From Bacteroidales bacterium (GTDB lineage: Bacteria > Bacteroidota > Bacteroidia > Bacteroidales > F082): DNA of 64,000 nt. The notes below the pieces were generated by a model. The model did not search any database and had not been told where the DNA came from. It worked only from the letters and a program-made list of their open reading frames with translations. How positions within the stretch are numbered: position 1 is the first letter of the stretch; each line of letters begins with the position of its first letter. The stretch lies in the NCBI GenBank assembly GCA_024709145.1, contig JANJXG010000006.1, positions 38,550 to 102,549 of the forward strand, read 5' to 3'. Below, piece after piece: positions 18,698-27,143 of this stretch. The position numbers and the translations under genes are program-made.

Positions 18698-19795
18698 ATG
18701 ATGACTTTTTCTAAAATTCTGGCAACACCCTATTCCTCTTCACATCTTCAGCTTGCCAACCGGTTTGTTATGGCGCCTTTAACACGTCAGCGGGCTGGTG
18801 AGGGGCTTGCACCGCATGCGTTGAATGCCTTGTATTACGGCCAAAGATCATCAGCAGGCCTGATCATCAGTGAGGCAAGCCAAATATCACCGCGTGGGAA
18901 GGGATATGAAAATACGCCCGGAATTTACAGCAAGGCGCAGGTTGAAGGCTGGAAGCTTGTTACAGATGCGGTTCATGCCGGCGACGGGAAGATCTTCTGC
19001 CAGTTATGGCATGTGGGTCGTCATTCACATCCGCTTTTGCAGGAAGATGGGGGGTTACCTTTTGCACCCTCAGCGATTGCCGAACCTGGAACCATAACCA
19101 CCAAATCAGGTAAGGTGCCGACTGTGGTTCCACATGCCATGACAACCGATGAAATCGCTTCTACCGTTGAGGACTACGCCCGGGCGGCCTCAAATGCCAT
19201 TCAGGCAGGCTTCGACGGCGTTGAAATACACGGAGCAAATGGTTATCTTATCGATCAGTTTTTAAATGATGCCTCCAATCAGCGCACCGATCAGTACGGG
19301 GGTAGCATCGAAGCCAAGTGTCGTTTTGCCCTTGAAGTGACTGCTGCAGTTTGCCAGACAATTGGTTCGGAAAGGACAGGCATCAGGCTATCGCCGAGCG
19401 GTACCAATTTTGGTATCTTCAATCATCAGCCGGTTGAGACGTTCAAACACCTTATCAATGAGTTAAACAGCTTCGGACTGGCCTACCTGCATCTCATAGA
19501 ACCTGATCAGCGTTCCCTTGTTCAATTGCCTCATTACCTGACTCGTGTAACACCGGTGTTTCGTCCCTTCATTCATACAACGCTGATCACCAGTGCCGGT
19601 TATCAGTTTGCCAAAGCGGAAGAAGTTTTGCGCGAAGGTATTGCTGATCTGGTGGCATTCGGTAAAGATTTTATCTCCAATCCTGACCTCGTGAACCGAT
19701 ACAAACTTGATGCACCTCTCAATCCATTTGATGTGGCAACTTTTTATGGAGGTGGTGCGGAAGGATACACTGATTACCCTTTTTTGAAGGATTAG
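18698..19795 (+). CDS. Old Yellow Enzyme family NAD(P)H:flavin oxidoreductase (alkene reductase)
   Basis: FVMAPLTRQRA, LWHVGRHSH and EIHGANGYLIDQFLND are OYE/NemA-type signatures. Confidence 0.85.
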   Translation: MMTFSKILATPYSSSHLQLANRFVMAPLTRQRAGEGLAPHALNALYYGQRSSAGLIISEASQISPRGKGYENTPGIYSKAQVEGWKLVTDAVHAGDGKIFCQLWHVGRHSHPLLQEDGGLPFAPSAIAEPGTITTKSGKVPTVVPHAMTTDEIASTVEDYARAASNAIQAGFDGVEIHGANGYLIDQFLNDASNQRTDQYGGSIEAKCRFALEVTAAVCQTIGSERTGIRLSPSGTNFGIFNHQPVETFKHLINELNSFGLAYLHLIEPDQRSLVQLPHYLTRVTPVFRPFIHTTLITSAGYQFAKAEEVLREGIADLVAFGKDFISNPDLVNRYKLDAPLNPFDVATFYGGGAEGYTDYPFLKD

Positions 19796-19798
19796 CGA

Positions 19799-20533
19799 AT
19801 GATGGTTCATTTGCCCGATGCCTTGACAATTCTGATCGAAACAGCTACCCGTTGGTTTGATCAGCGTTTGGCCGACGGTGGTCCGCGTTATGCTGAGTAC
19901 CACCCCGAATATATCATTGTTGAACCGTGGAATGCAGCAAGTTCTGTTTTTATGATGATTCCTGCATTATTTTGGTTCTGGAAGCTATGGCCTGCCGGAG
20001 CAAAAAAACCGATGATGATTTTTGCTTTGTTCATGGTTTTTTTGGGAGGCTTAGGCAGTACTCTTTTTCATGCTTTTCGCATGAGCCCGGCTTTTCTGAT
20101 GCTCGATGTGATCCCATCAGCCTTGCTCACCATGGGTCTTGCGGTTTATTTCTGGTTTAAAATACTTCACAAATGGTGGAAAGTAGTCATCTTACTTGTC
20201 CCCCTTATTTTGTTGAGGGTCTTTTTGTTCAGAGACTTGCCCCAACACCTGGCAATCAATCTCTCGTATGCTTTCTCAGGATTACTCATAGTGGTACCTC
20301 TGACCGTTTATTTGTTCCTAACTCATTTCAGAAAAATGAATCAGGTTGGGCTGATGCTGCTCTTTTTTGCATTGGCGTTGCTTTTTCGGCAAACTGACAT
20401 CCATTCATTTGGTTTTCTGCCACAAGGCACTCATTTTCTATGGCACCTTTTCAGTGCAATGGGATCATATCAGGTGCTTCAATATCTCTCTTTTACAATG
20501 GATTACAACATTGAATCAAACCGACCCTACTGA
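19799..20533 (+). CDS. Ceramidase-like 7-TM hydrolase (CREST superfamily)
   Basis: About 7 hydrophobic helices. VEPWNAASSV resembles the ceramidase EfwNt.SN motif. S87-x3-H91 (STLFH), D103 (LDVIP) and H212-x3-H216 (HFLWH) match the Zn-site pattern of alkaline ceramidases. Starts 3 nt after the OYE stop. Confidence 0.5.
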   Translation: MMVHLPDALTILIETATRWFDQRLADGGPRYAEYHPEYIIVEPWNAASSVFMMIPALFWFWKLWPAGAKKPMMIFALFMVFLGGLGSTLFHAFRMSPAFLMLDVIPSALLTMGLAVYFWFKILHKWWKVVILLVPLILLRVFLFRDLPQHLAINLSYAFSGLLIVVPLTVYLFLTHFRKMNQVGLMLLFFALALLFRQTDIHSFGFLPQGTHFLWHLFSAMGSYQVLQYLSFTMDYNIESNRPY

Positions 20534-20602
20534 TGAAGACGAAAATTTTACTTTTTTAATTCAAAAAATGGAAATCACTCTTTTTCATTTTAATTTTGCC
20601 GT

Positions 20603-21610
20603 ATGCAGCATAATAGTTTTCAAAAAATTCTGGTCATTCAAACAGCTTCGATTGGCGATGTAGTCCTGATGACCCCGGTGCTCGAAAAGTTACATGTCCA
20701 TTATCCGCATGCCAAAATCGACCTGCTCATGAAAGCAGGTTTTGAAACCCTTTTTGTGGATCATCCTTTTGTGAACAGCATATTGTTGTGGGAGAAAAGT
20801 AAGGATAAATACAAGCATCTCAGGTTATTACTCAAAGAAACAAGGAAAACTTCCTATGATTTAATCATAAACCTTCAGCGCTTTTTCTCCACCGGACTTC
20901 TCACTATTTTGAGTGGGGCCTCTGTCACAATAGGTTTCGATAAGAATCCTTTGAGTTTATTTTTTTCAAAAAGGATCAAACACCTGATTACTTTAGAAAA
21001 AGCGGCTCTTCATGAAGTTGACCGCAACCTAAGTCTAATTGAACCGCTTACGGATAATAAAAAGCATGCTCCGAAGCTGTATCCGTCAAAACACGATTAC
21101 GCAAAAGTTTCGCCCTTCAAAACAAAGTCATATGTGTGCCTGGCTCCAGCATCACTCTGGTTTACAAAACAATTTCCCACAGCCAGGTGGATTGAATTTC
21201 TGTCGGCTATTCCTGCTGACATCCATGTTTATATGCTGGGATCAAAAGCAGATATCAAACTTTGTGACGAGATTCTTGACAAAGCAAAGCATCCCAACAG
21301 CCTGAATCTGGCAGGTAAACTGAGTTTGCTTGAGTCGGCTGCCCTGATGCGTGATGCCCGGATGAATTATGTCAACGATAGTGCCCCGATGCATTTGTGC
21401 AGTTCAGTTAATGCCCCAACCACAGCCATTTATTGCAGCACGGTGCCTGCTTTTGGTTTTGGCCCGCTTTCTGATGATTCCGTTGTTGTTGAAAGCCCTA
21501 AGCAGCTTTCATGCCGGCCTTGTGGGTTGCATGGTCACCGCAGCTGTCCTGAAAAACATTTTGACTGTGCTCATTCGATTGATTTAAACCGCTTGGTCGC
21601 CAGGTTATGA
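20603..21610 (+). CDS. Glycosyltransferase family 9 (LPS heptosyltransferase-like)
   Basis: The N-terminus ILVIQTASIGDVVLMTPVLEKL and the C-terminal DSAPMHL motif are typical of GT9. Confidence 0.8.
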   Translation: MQHNSFQKILVIQTASIGDVVLMTPVLEKLHVHYPHAKIDLLMKAGFETLFVDHPFVNSILLWEKSKDKYKHLRLLLKETRKTSYDLIINLQRFFSTGLLTILSGASVTIGFDKNPLSLFFSKRIKHLITLEKAALHEVDRNLSLIEPLTDNKKHAPKLYPSKHDYAKVSPFKTKSYVCLAPASLWFTKQFPTARWIEFLSAIPADIHVYMLGSKADIKLCDEILDKAKHPNSLNLAGKLSLLESAALMRDARMNYVNDSAPMHLCSSVNAPTTAIYCSTVPAFGFGPLSDDSVVVESPKQLSCRPCGLHGHRSCPEKHFDCAHSIDLNRLVARL

Positions 21611-22179
21611 AAGGGATTGAGGATGAAATTGAACTGGCTGTTCAGGCCTTGCGTAAAGGAAAAGTAATACTCTATCCAACGGATACTATCTGGGGACTTG
21701 GATGTGATGCCACCAACAGCAAGGCAGTGGAAAGACTCTTCAGAATTAAACGAAAAAAGGAGCAGGGCCGGCTCATCGCCCTCATCGACAGTCCCGCCAG
21801 GTTAAGTAACTACCTCTCTGAAGTTCCTGATTTGGCCCTCGATTTAATCCGCTATGCTGCCAATCCAATCAGCATTGTCTTTCCTTTGGGAAAAAATCTG
21901 GCGAAAAACATGCTTGGTCCCGACGGATCGGTTTGTTTTCGTGTGACAAACGATCCTTTTTGCATTGCATTGGTCGAGCGCTTTAATAAACCTGTTGCTT
22001 CCGGCTCTGCCAATCTTTCCGGACAGCCTACACCTTTGTTCTATGCCGCCATCAGCTCTGAAATCATCCTGGCTGTCGACCACGTTGTGAAGCTCAATCA
22101 GGATAAGGTGCTTTCTACCAAAGCAACTTCAATCATAAGGCTCGAACCCGACGGGCAGTTTTCAATCATCAGAACTTAA
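21607..22179 (+). CDS. tsaC: L-threonylcarbamoyladenylate synthase (YrdC/Sua5 family)
   Basis: ILYPTDTIWGLGCDATN and SGSANLSGQP motifs. ATGA overlap with the GT9 gene. Confidence 0.8.
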   Translation: MKGIEDEIELAVQALRKGKVILYPTDTIWGLGCDATNSKAVERLFRIKRKKEQGRLIALIDSPARLSNYLSEVPDLALDLIRYAANPISIVFPLGKNLAKNMLGPDGSVCFRVTNDPFCIALVERFNKPVASGSANLSGQPTPLFYAAISSEIILAVDHVVKLNQDKVLSTKATSIIRLEPDGQFSIIRT

Positions 22180-22349
22180 AAACGCTTCTGTACGCAAAAG
22201 TTTGGATTACATTCAATTGAACCGGAGAGTCTACATTGAACCAAACTGCATGAAAACTGTTATGTAAAGAGCATGTTTTTCTGCAACGGATTGCAGGATG
22301 ATTTTGCAAACACCCTATTTAGAATTGATTTAAATTGAACATTATTTCC

Positions 22350-22357
22350 TACTTTTG
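22350..22357 (+). promoter_or_regulatory. -7 box (TACTTTTG) upstream of E1 alpha/beta gene
   Basis: Exact TAnnTTTG, 43 nt upstream of the ATG at 22400. It covers the TTG that the ORF track used as the start. Confidence 0.5.
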
Positions 22358-22399
22358 CACCCTCAAAAAAATAGCCATAATGGCTTAAAATTTCACGAG

Positions 22400-24445
22400 A
22401 TGACACAGAAAAGAAAATTTACACTTGAATCGACGGATAAGGAAACCCTGAAAAAATGGTACAGCCTGATGACACTTGGCCGTCAAATCGACGACAAAGC
22501 ACCCAACTACCTCAAGCAGGCGCTTGGATGGTCATATCACGCTCCTTATGCCGGACACGATGGTATTCAGCTGGCTATCGGACAAGTTTTCAAACGCAAT
22601 GAGGACTTTTTATTTCCCTATTACCGCGACATGCTAACTGCCATTTCAGCCGGACTTACAGCTGAAGAAATCATACTCAATGGCATCTCCAAGGGCACTG
22701 ACATCGCAAGTGGCGGCAGGCATATGTCAAACCATTTTGCCAAACCTGAATGGAATATCCAGAATGTGTCGTCGGCCACCGGAAATCATACCTTGCACGC
22801 CGTCGGTGTTGCGCGGGCAATCAAGAGATATCAGGCCAACGGTATTGCAATTAGTTCACAGGGTGAGTCTTCCACCTCTGAAGGCTACGTTTTTGAAGCC
22901 ATTAATGGAGCTTCCAACGAAAAACTTCCGGTAATGTTTGTTTTTCAGGATAACCAATTTGGTATTTCAGTTCCTCAGCGCGACCAATCCGCGAACAGAC
23001 GTGCTGCCGAAAATTATCGTGGTATCAAGAATTTGAAAATTATGTATTGCGACGGCAAAAATGTTTTTGACTCAATGAATACCATTTTTGCTGCCCGTGA
23101 GCACATCGAGAAATATGGCGAGCCTGTGATTGTGCATGCCAATTGTGTTCGTATCCATTCCCATTCCAATTCAGACAAGCATGAACTTTACAGGGATGAA
23201 AACGAACGACACTGCGTGAGACTATCCGATCCCCTGGAGCGTTTCAAAATTCAGCTCCTTCATTCCGGTAAATTCACCGAGGAAGAAATTTCAGCCCTCG
23301 ATGATGAAGCCAAAAAAATCATCTCCGCAGCGCATAAAAAAGCAATCATCGCACCGGACCCAACGCCGGAATCAATTCATCAGTTTGTTTTGCCCGAGCC
23401 TTATGCACCGGCTAAATATACTGATGGTGTTCACTACGATACTGATGGCCAGAAACTGAAGTTTATTCAGGCTCTTAATGAAACACTGAAAGCCGAATTC
23501 CGGCACAATCCGGATACTTATATCTGGGGTCAGGATGTGGCCAACAAAGACAAGGGAGGAATTTTTAATGTTACCAAAGGAATGCAGCAGGAATTTGGTA
23601 AAGAACGCGTTTTCAACGCTCCAATTGCAGAAGATTTTATCACGGGAACTGCCAATGGCATGAGTCGTTTCAACGATAAAATCAGAATCGTGATCGAAGG
23701 AGCCGAATTTGCCGATTATTTCTGGCCGGCGATGGAACAACTGCTTGAGACTTCACATGATTATTGGCGCAGCAATGGTGCATTTGCTCCCAATGTGGTG
23801 ATTCGTCTCGCCTCAGGCGGGTATATTGGAGGTGGCTTGTATCACAGTCAAACGATTGAAGGTGCACTGACGACTATTCCTGGTTTGCGCATCGTTTATC
23901 CTTCTTTTGCAGATGATGCAGCCGGTTTGCTTCGCACAGCCATGCGATCCAAAGGCCCGACCATTTTCCTCGAACCCAAAGCTCTTTACAACGACCCAAT
24001 TGCCGAAACCATTGTTCCTGATGATTTTGAAGTTCCTTTTGGGAAAGCAAGGGTACGCCGCCAGGGCAAGGATTTGTCGATCATCACCTATGGCAATACC
24101 ACTCACATGGCCTTGCAGGTGGCTGATAAAATCAGTCAGGAAAAAGGCCTTGAAGTTGAGGTTGTTGACATTCGCTCGCTCATCCCACTCGATAAAGATT
24201 CCATCCTTGCATCCGTCAGAAAAACCAACCGTGTATTGGTAGTCCATGAAGACAAGGTGTTTGGAGGATTTGGTGGTGAGATCGCCGGTATGATTGCTGA
24301 AGAAGCTTTTCAATTTCTTGATGCCCCTGTAAAGCGTGTGGGTTCTACTTTTACGCCGGTTGGTTTTAACCGTATTCTGGAGAAAGCTATCCTCCCCAAT
24401 GCCGACAAAATTTATCAGGCAGCCCTCGAAGTGCTCGCTTTTTAG
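22400..24445 (+). CDS. Fused alpha/beta E1 component of a 2-oxoacid (branched-chain/pyruvate type) dehydrogenase
   Basis: The N-terminal half is a TPP-binding E1-alpha region (...GESSTSEGYVFEAINGAS...). The C-terminal half is E1-beta (transketolase pyrimidine-binding and C-terminal domains: GQDV...GGIFNVTKG, ...VVDIRSLIPLD). Start reassigned to ATG 22400 (MTQKRKF). Confidence 0.8.
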   Translation: MTQKRKFTLESTDKETLKKWYSLMTLGRQIDDKAPNYLKQALGWSYHAPYAGHDGIQLAIGQVFKRNEDFLFPYYRDMLTAISAGLTAEEIILNGISKGTDIASGGRHMSNHFAKPEWNIQNVSSATGNHTLHAVGVARAIKRYQANGIAISSQGESSTSEGYVFEAINGASNEKLPVMFVFQDNQFGISVPQRDQSANRRAAENYRGIKNLKIMYCDGKNVFDSMNTIFAAREHIEKYGEPVIVHANCVRIHSHSNSDKHELYRDENERHCVRLSDPLERFKIQLLHSGKFTEEEISALDDEAKKIISAAHKKAIIAPDPTPESIHQFVLPEPYAPAKYTDGVHYDTDGQKLKFIQALNETLKAEFRHNPDTYIWGQDVANKDKGGIFNVTKGMQQEFGKERVFNAPIAEDFITGTANGMSRFNDKIRIVIEGAEFADYFWPAMEQLLETSHDYWRSNGAFAPNVVIRLASGGYIGGGLYHSQTIEGALTTIPGLRIVYPSFADDAAGLLRTAMRSKGPTIFLEPKALYNDPIAETIVPDDFEVPFGKARVRRQGKDLSIITYGNTTHMALQVADKISQEKGLEVEVVDIRSLIPLDKDSILASVRKTNRVLVVHEDKVFGGFGGEIAGMIAEEAFQFLDAPVKRVGSTFTPVGFNRILEKAILPNADKIYQAALEVLAF

Positions 24446-24466
24446 TTTAGACAAAATTGTAATCAG

Positions 24467-24506
24467 CCCGGGAAACTGATCACGCATCAAGTTTCCCGGG
24501 TTTTTT
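24467..24506 (+). terminator. Rho-independent terminator after E1 gene
   Basis: CCCGGGAAACT-12 nt loop-AGTTTCCCGGG (11 bp perfect stem) followed by T6. Confidence 0.8.
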
Positions 24507-24584
24507 AGTATATTATAAATCAATTAGTTAACAAAGATTAACATAATGATTTCAGCTTTTTTAGGCTAAAAAATCATTTATCTA

Positions 24585-24592
24585 TACTTTTG
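24585..24592 (+). promoter_or_regulatory. -7 box (TACTTTTG) upstream of S41 peptidase
   Basis: Exact TAnnTTTG, 27 nt upstream of the ATG at 24619. Confidence 0.5.
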
Positions 24593-24618
24593 GCTCCCAT
24601 TCATCAAAAACGGTTGTA

Positions 24619-26235
24619 ATGAAAATAAGGTTTTTTCAGTTGTTTGTGGTACTAGTGTCCATCATTGGTTTAAGTTTTCATGCTTTCAGTCAGGCGCAGT
24701 CGGGCATCGACCCAAAGGAAACAAGTCAGAAATTTGCCGCAGCACTTTTTTACATCGAGAATTTTTATGTTGACAGTACAAAGTCCCCGGAGCTTGTCGA
24801 AACAGCTATCGTAAATATGCTGAAGGAGTTGGATCCGCATTCGGCTTATATCTCCAAAGAGGAACTCAACGCTGCCAACGAGCCGCTTGAAGGAAGTTTC
24901 GAAGGTATTGGTGTTACTTTTCAGCTTAACAAGGATACCATTTTGGTCATTTCACCAGTGCCGGGTGGTCCCAGTGAAAAGCTTGGAATCTTGTCTGGTG
25001 ATAAAATTATCCGTATCAACGGTGAAGATGCATTCGGAAGCAAGGTAAACAATAAATGGGTGATGGATCGTCTGCGTGGCAAGAAGGGGACGACTGTGCA
25101 TGTTGATATTTTCCGTCAGGGAAGAAAAGATCTCATTGCTTATGATATCGTTCGCGACAAAATACCAATCAACAGCATCGATGCCACTTTTATGCTTCCA
25201 GGAAAAACCGGATACATCAAGCTTAATCGCTTTTCGAAAACATCAATGGAGGAGTTTTATGCCTCCATGGAACAGCTTGAAAAACAAGGGATGGAAAATT
25301 TGATTCTCGATTTGAGGGGCAACTCCGGCGGGTTTTTAAATACAGCTGTGGAGCTTTCGGATGAATTTCTTCCGGAGGGAAAAATGATAGTGTACACTGA
25401 AGGGCTTAAAAGTCCAAGGCAGGAATTTAAGGCCACCGGGAAAGGTGTTTTTGAAAAAGGGAAACTGATCGTCATGATTAACGAGGCTTCTGCTTCGGCC
25501 AGTGAAATCGTTTCGGGTGCGGTTCAGGATTGGGATCGCGGATTGGTCATCGGGCGAAGATCATTCGGGAAAGGACTTGTTCAAAGACCTTTTAACCTCC
25601 CCGATGGCTCTGTTATCCGCCTCACAAATGCCCGGTATTACACGCCGACAGGCAGAAGCATTCAGCGGCCATACGACGAAGGAGTCGAAAAATATTACAA
25701 AGATCTCTATGAGCGCCACGAAAGAGGGGAGTTTGTGCATGCTGACAGCATTCATTTTCCCGATTCACTTAAATATGTAACGCCAGGCAAAAGAGTTGTT
25801 TACGGTGGCGGTGGAATCATGCCGGATGTGTTTGTTGCCTGGGATTCTACCCAATTCACCGATTATTATTCCAATATCATAAGAAAAGGTGTTTTAAACC
25901 AATTCACCCTCGATTACACAGGAAAAAACAGAAACAAAATGCTGAAGTCATATCCCGATGTCGCAGCCTTTAAAAAGGGCTTTGAAGTAAGCCAGACCGA
26001 CATGGATTCTTTCCTTGAAATGGCAAAAACAATGGGTGTGGAATGGGACGAAGACAATTTTAAAAGATCGGAAACTCTGTTGAGATATCAGATTAAAGCG
26101 CTTATAGCCAGAAATTTATGGGATCTAAGTGCTTATTATGAAGTGATGACGGATACTGATGAAACTTTACAGCGGGCGTTGAACATTCTGGCCAAGGAAG
26201 ATATTTTTTCTTACCTGAAAGCTCCGCGTCAATAG
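24619..26235 (+). CDS. S41 family C-terminal processing (tail-specific) peptidase
   Basis: Signal peptide, PDZ region (GGPSEKLGILSGDKIIRING), LDLRGNSGGFL and NEASASASEI catalytic-region motifs. Confidence 0.85.
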   Translation: MKIRFFQLFVVLVSIIGLSFHAFSQAQSGIDPKETSQKFAAALFYIENFYVDSTKSPELVETAIVNMLKELDPHSAYISKEELNAANEPLEGSFEGIGVTFQLNKDTILVISPVPGGPSEKLGILSGDKIIRINGEDAFGSKVNNKWVMDRLRGKKGTTVHVDIFRQGRKDLIAYDIVRDKIPINSIDATFMLPGKTGYIKLNRFSKTSMEEFYASMEQLEKQGMENLILDLRGNSGGFLNTAVELSDEFLPEGKMIVYTEGLKSPRQEFKATGKGVFEKGKLIVMINEASASASEIVSGAVQDWDRGLVIGRRSFGKGLVQRPFNLPDGSVIRLTNARYYTPTGRSIQRPYDEGVEKYYKDLYERHERGEFVHADSIHFPDSLKYVTPGKRVVYGGGGIMPDVFVAWDSTQFTDYYSNIIRKGVLNQFTLDYTGKNRNKMLKSYPDVAAFKKGFEVSQTDMDSFLEMAKTMGVEWDEDNFKRSETLLRYQIKALIARNLWDLSAYYEVMTDTDETLQRALNILAKEDIFSYLKAPRQ

Positions 26236-27143
26236 TCGAGAAAACGTGGTGAAAGATAGGTGCCTCCCGGCTTGTTAAACCGAAGCTGCAAAAGCACTTC
26301 GTGGGTTCCGCTATTGAAATTGGCCAGTTTGTTGATGCCCATATCATAAGCATAATGTAACCCGATGTTTTCAGTCAGGTGAATCCCTGCTTTGAGAATT
26401 ACCGCATCGAGATGCCGCCAGCCCAAACCCACCTCAAGAATACCCAGAAAAACCTGTGCTTCAGCCTGCACATAGCTCACTTTGCCTTGCTGATGATAGG
26501 AAATGGCTGTGTGTAGCATATATTCGTTAGTTAATTCAAACAGATAAACCCCATACAGATGATGATGCAGGGGAATGCGCGAAATGGATGGATCTTTGCC
26601 GATGTCTCCAAGGTGATTGGAAGCATAACCTGCTGAAAAATTTCCGGCGTTGAGATGTATTCCAAACTCAAAATCTGGTCTGAAATAATTCTCGTCAGGC
26701 CTGATCAGAGGCTCATTTCCTTCGAGATAAACAAGTTTGGAGTATTGTATCTGCCGTTGATAAAAGCCCGCCCCGAGCCCGAAACTCAACTCGATGTTGT
26801 CTTTAAGAAATACCCTGTAAATATAATCGAGGGTCACGCGCCGGGTGACCTCTTTACCGGCGGATTGGGAAATAACATGAAGTTTCAAACCCATTTGCCG
26901 TCCTTCAAAAAAATGATCAACCCCCAGATAACTGAGTTTTGGTGCATCCGGAAATCCAATCCATTGCTGTCGGTTCAGGAGCCGGGCATTGATCATGCCG
27001 TTGTGTTGCACGAATGACGGATTGTAAACTTCAGGGTTTGTAAGGCTGTTGCTGAACAACAGGTCGGTTTGCGCTTGCAGTATCTGCGTGGTGAAAAGCA
27101 GCAAAAGCATGATGCCAGAAAGGGAGATCAAAGTTCGTTTCAT
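26229..27143 (-). CDS. T9SS membrane protein, PorP/SprF family
   Basis: Signal peptide then AQTDLLFSNSLTNPEVYNPSF (PorP/SprF N-terminal motif), ~300 aa beta-barrel-like composition. The ATG overlaps the upstream stop (ATGA). Confidence 0.8.
   Translation of the reverse strand: MKRTLISLSGIMLLLLFTTQILQAQTDLLFSNSLTNPEVYNPSFVQHNGMINARLLNRQQWIGFPDAPKLSYLGVDHFFEGRQMGLKLHVISQSAGKEVTRRVTLDYIYRVFLKDNIELSFGLGAGFYQRQIQYSKLVYLEGNEPLIRPDENYFRPDFEFGIHLNAGNFSAGYASNHLGDIGKDPSISRIPLHHHLYGVYLFELTNEYMLHTAISYHQQGKVSYVQAEAQVFLGILEVGLGWRHLDAVILKAGIHLTENIGLHYAYDMGINKLANFNSGTHEVLLQLRFNKPGGTYLSPRFLDY

Noticed and set aside
20591-20598. TAATTTTG match just upstream of the GT9 gene
   Set aside because: It lies only 5 nt from the ATG at 20603, too close for a -7 box unless the mRNA is leaderless. 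The next in-frame Met would delete the conserved GT9 N-terminal motif. Probably coincidental in AT-rich DNA.
22216-22340. ATTGAAC heptamer occurring three times (22216, 22235, 22334) in the tsaC-E1 intergenic region, plus a short CTGCAA-cgga-TTGCAG hairpin
   Set aside because: The repeat is only 7 nt in an AT-rich spacer and has irregular spacing. The hairpin has a 6 bp stem and no U-tract. This is insufficient to call a regulator site or terminator.
23813-24523. A 236 aa ORF on the minus strand, antisense to the 3' half of the E1 gene
   Set aside because: It is a shadow ORF. It would have to start beyond and read through the strong E1 terminator hairpin, and its sequence has no family features.
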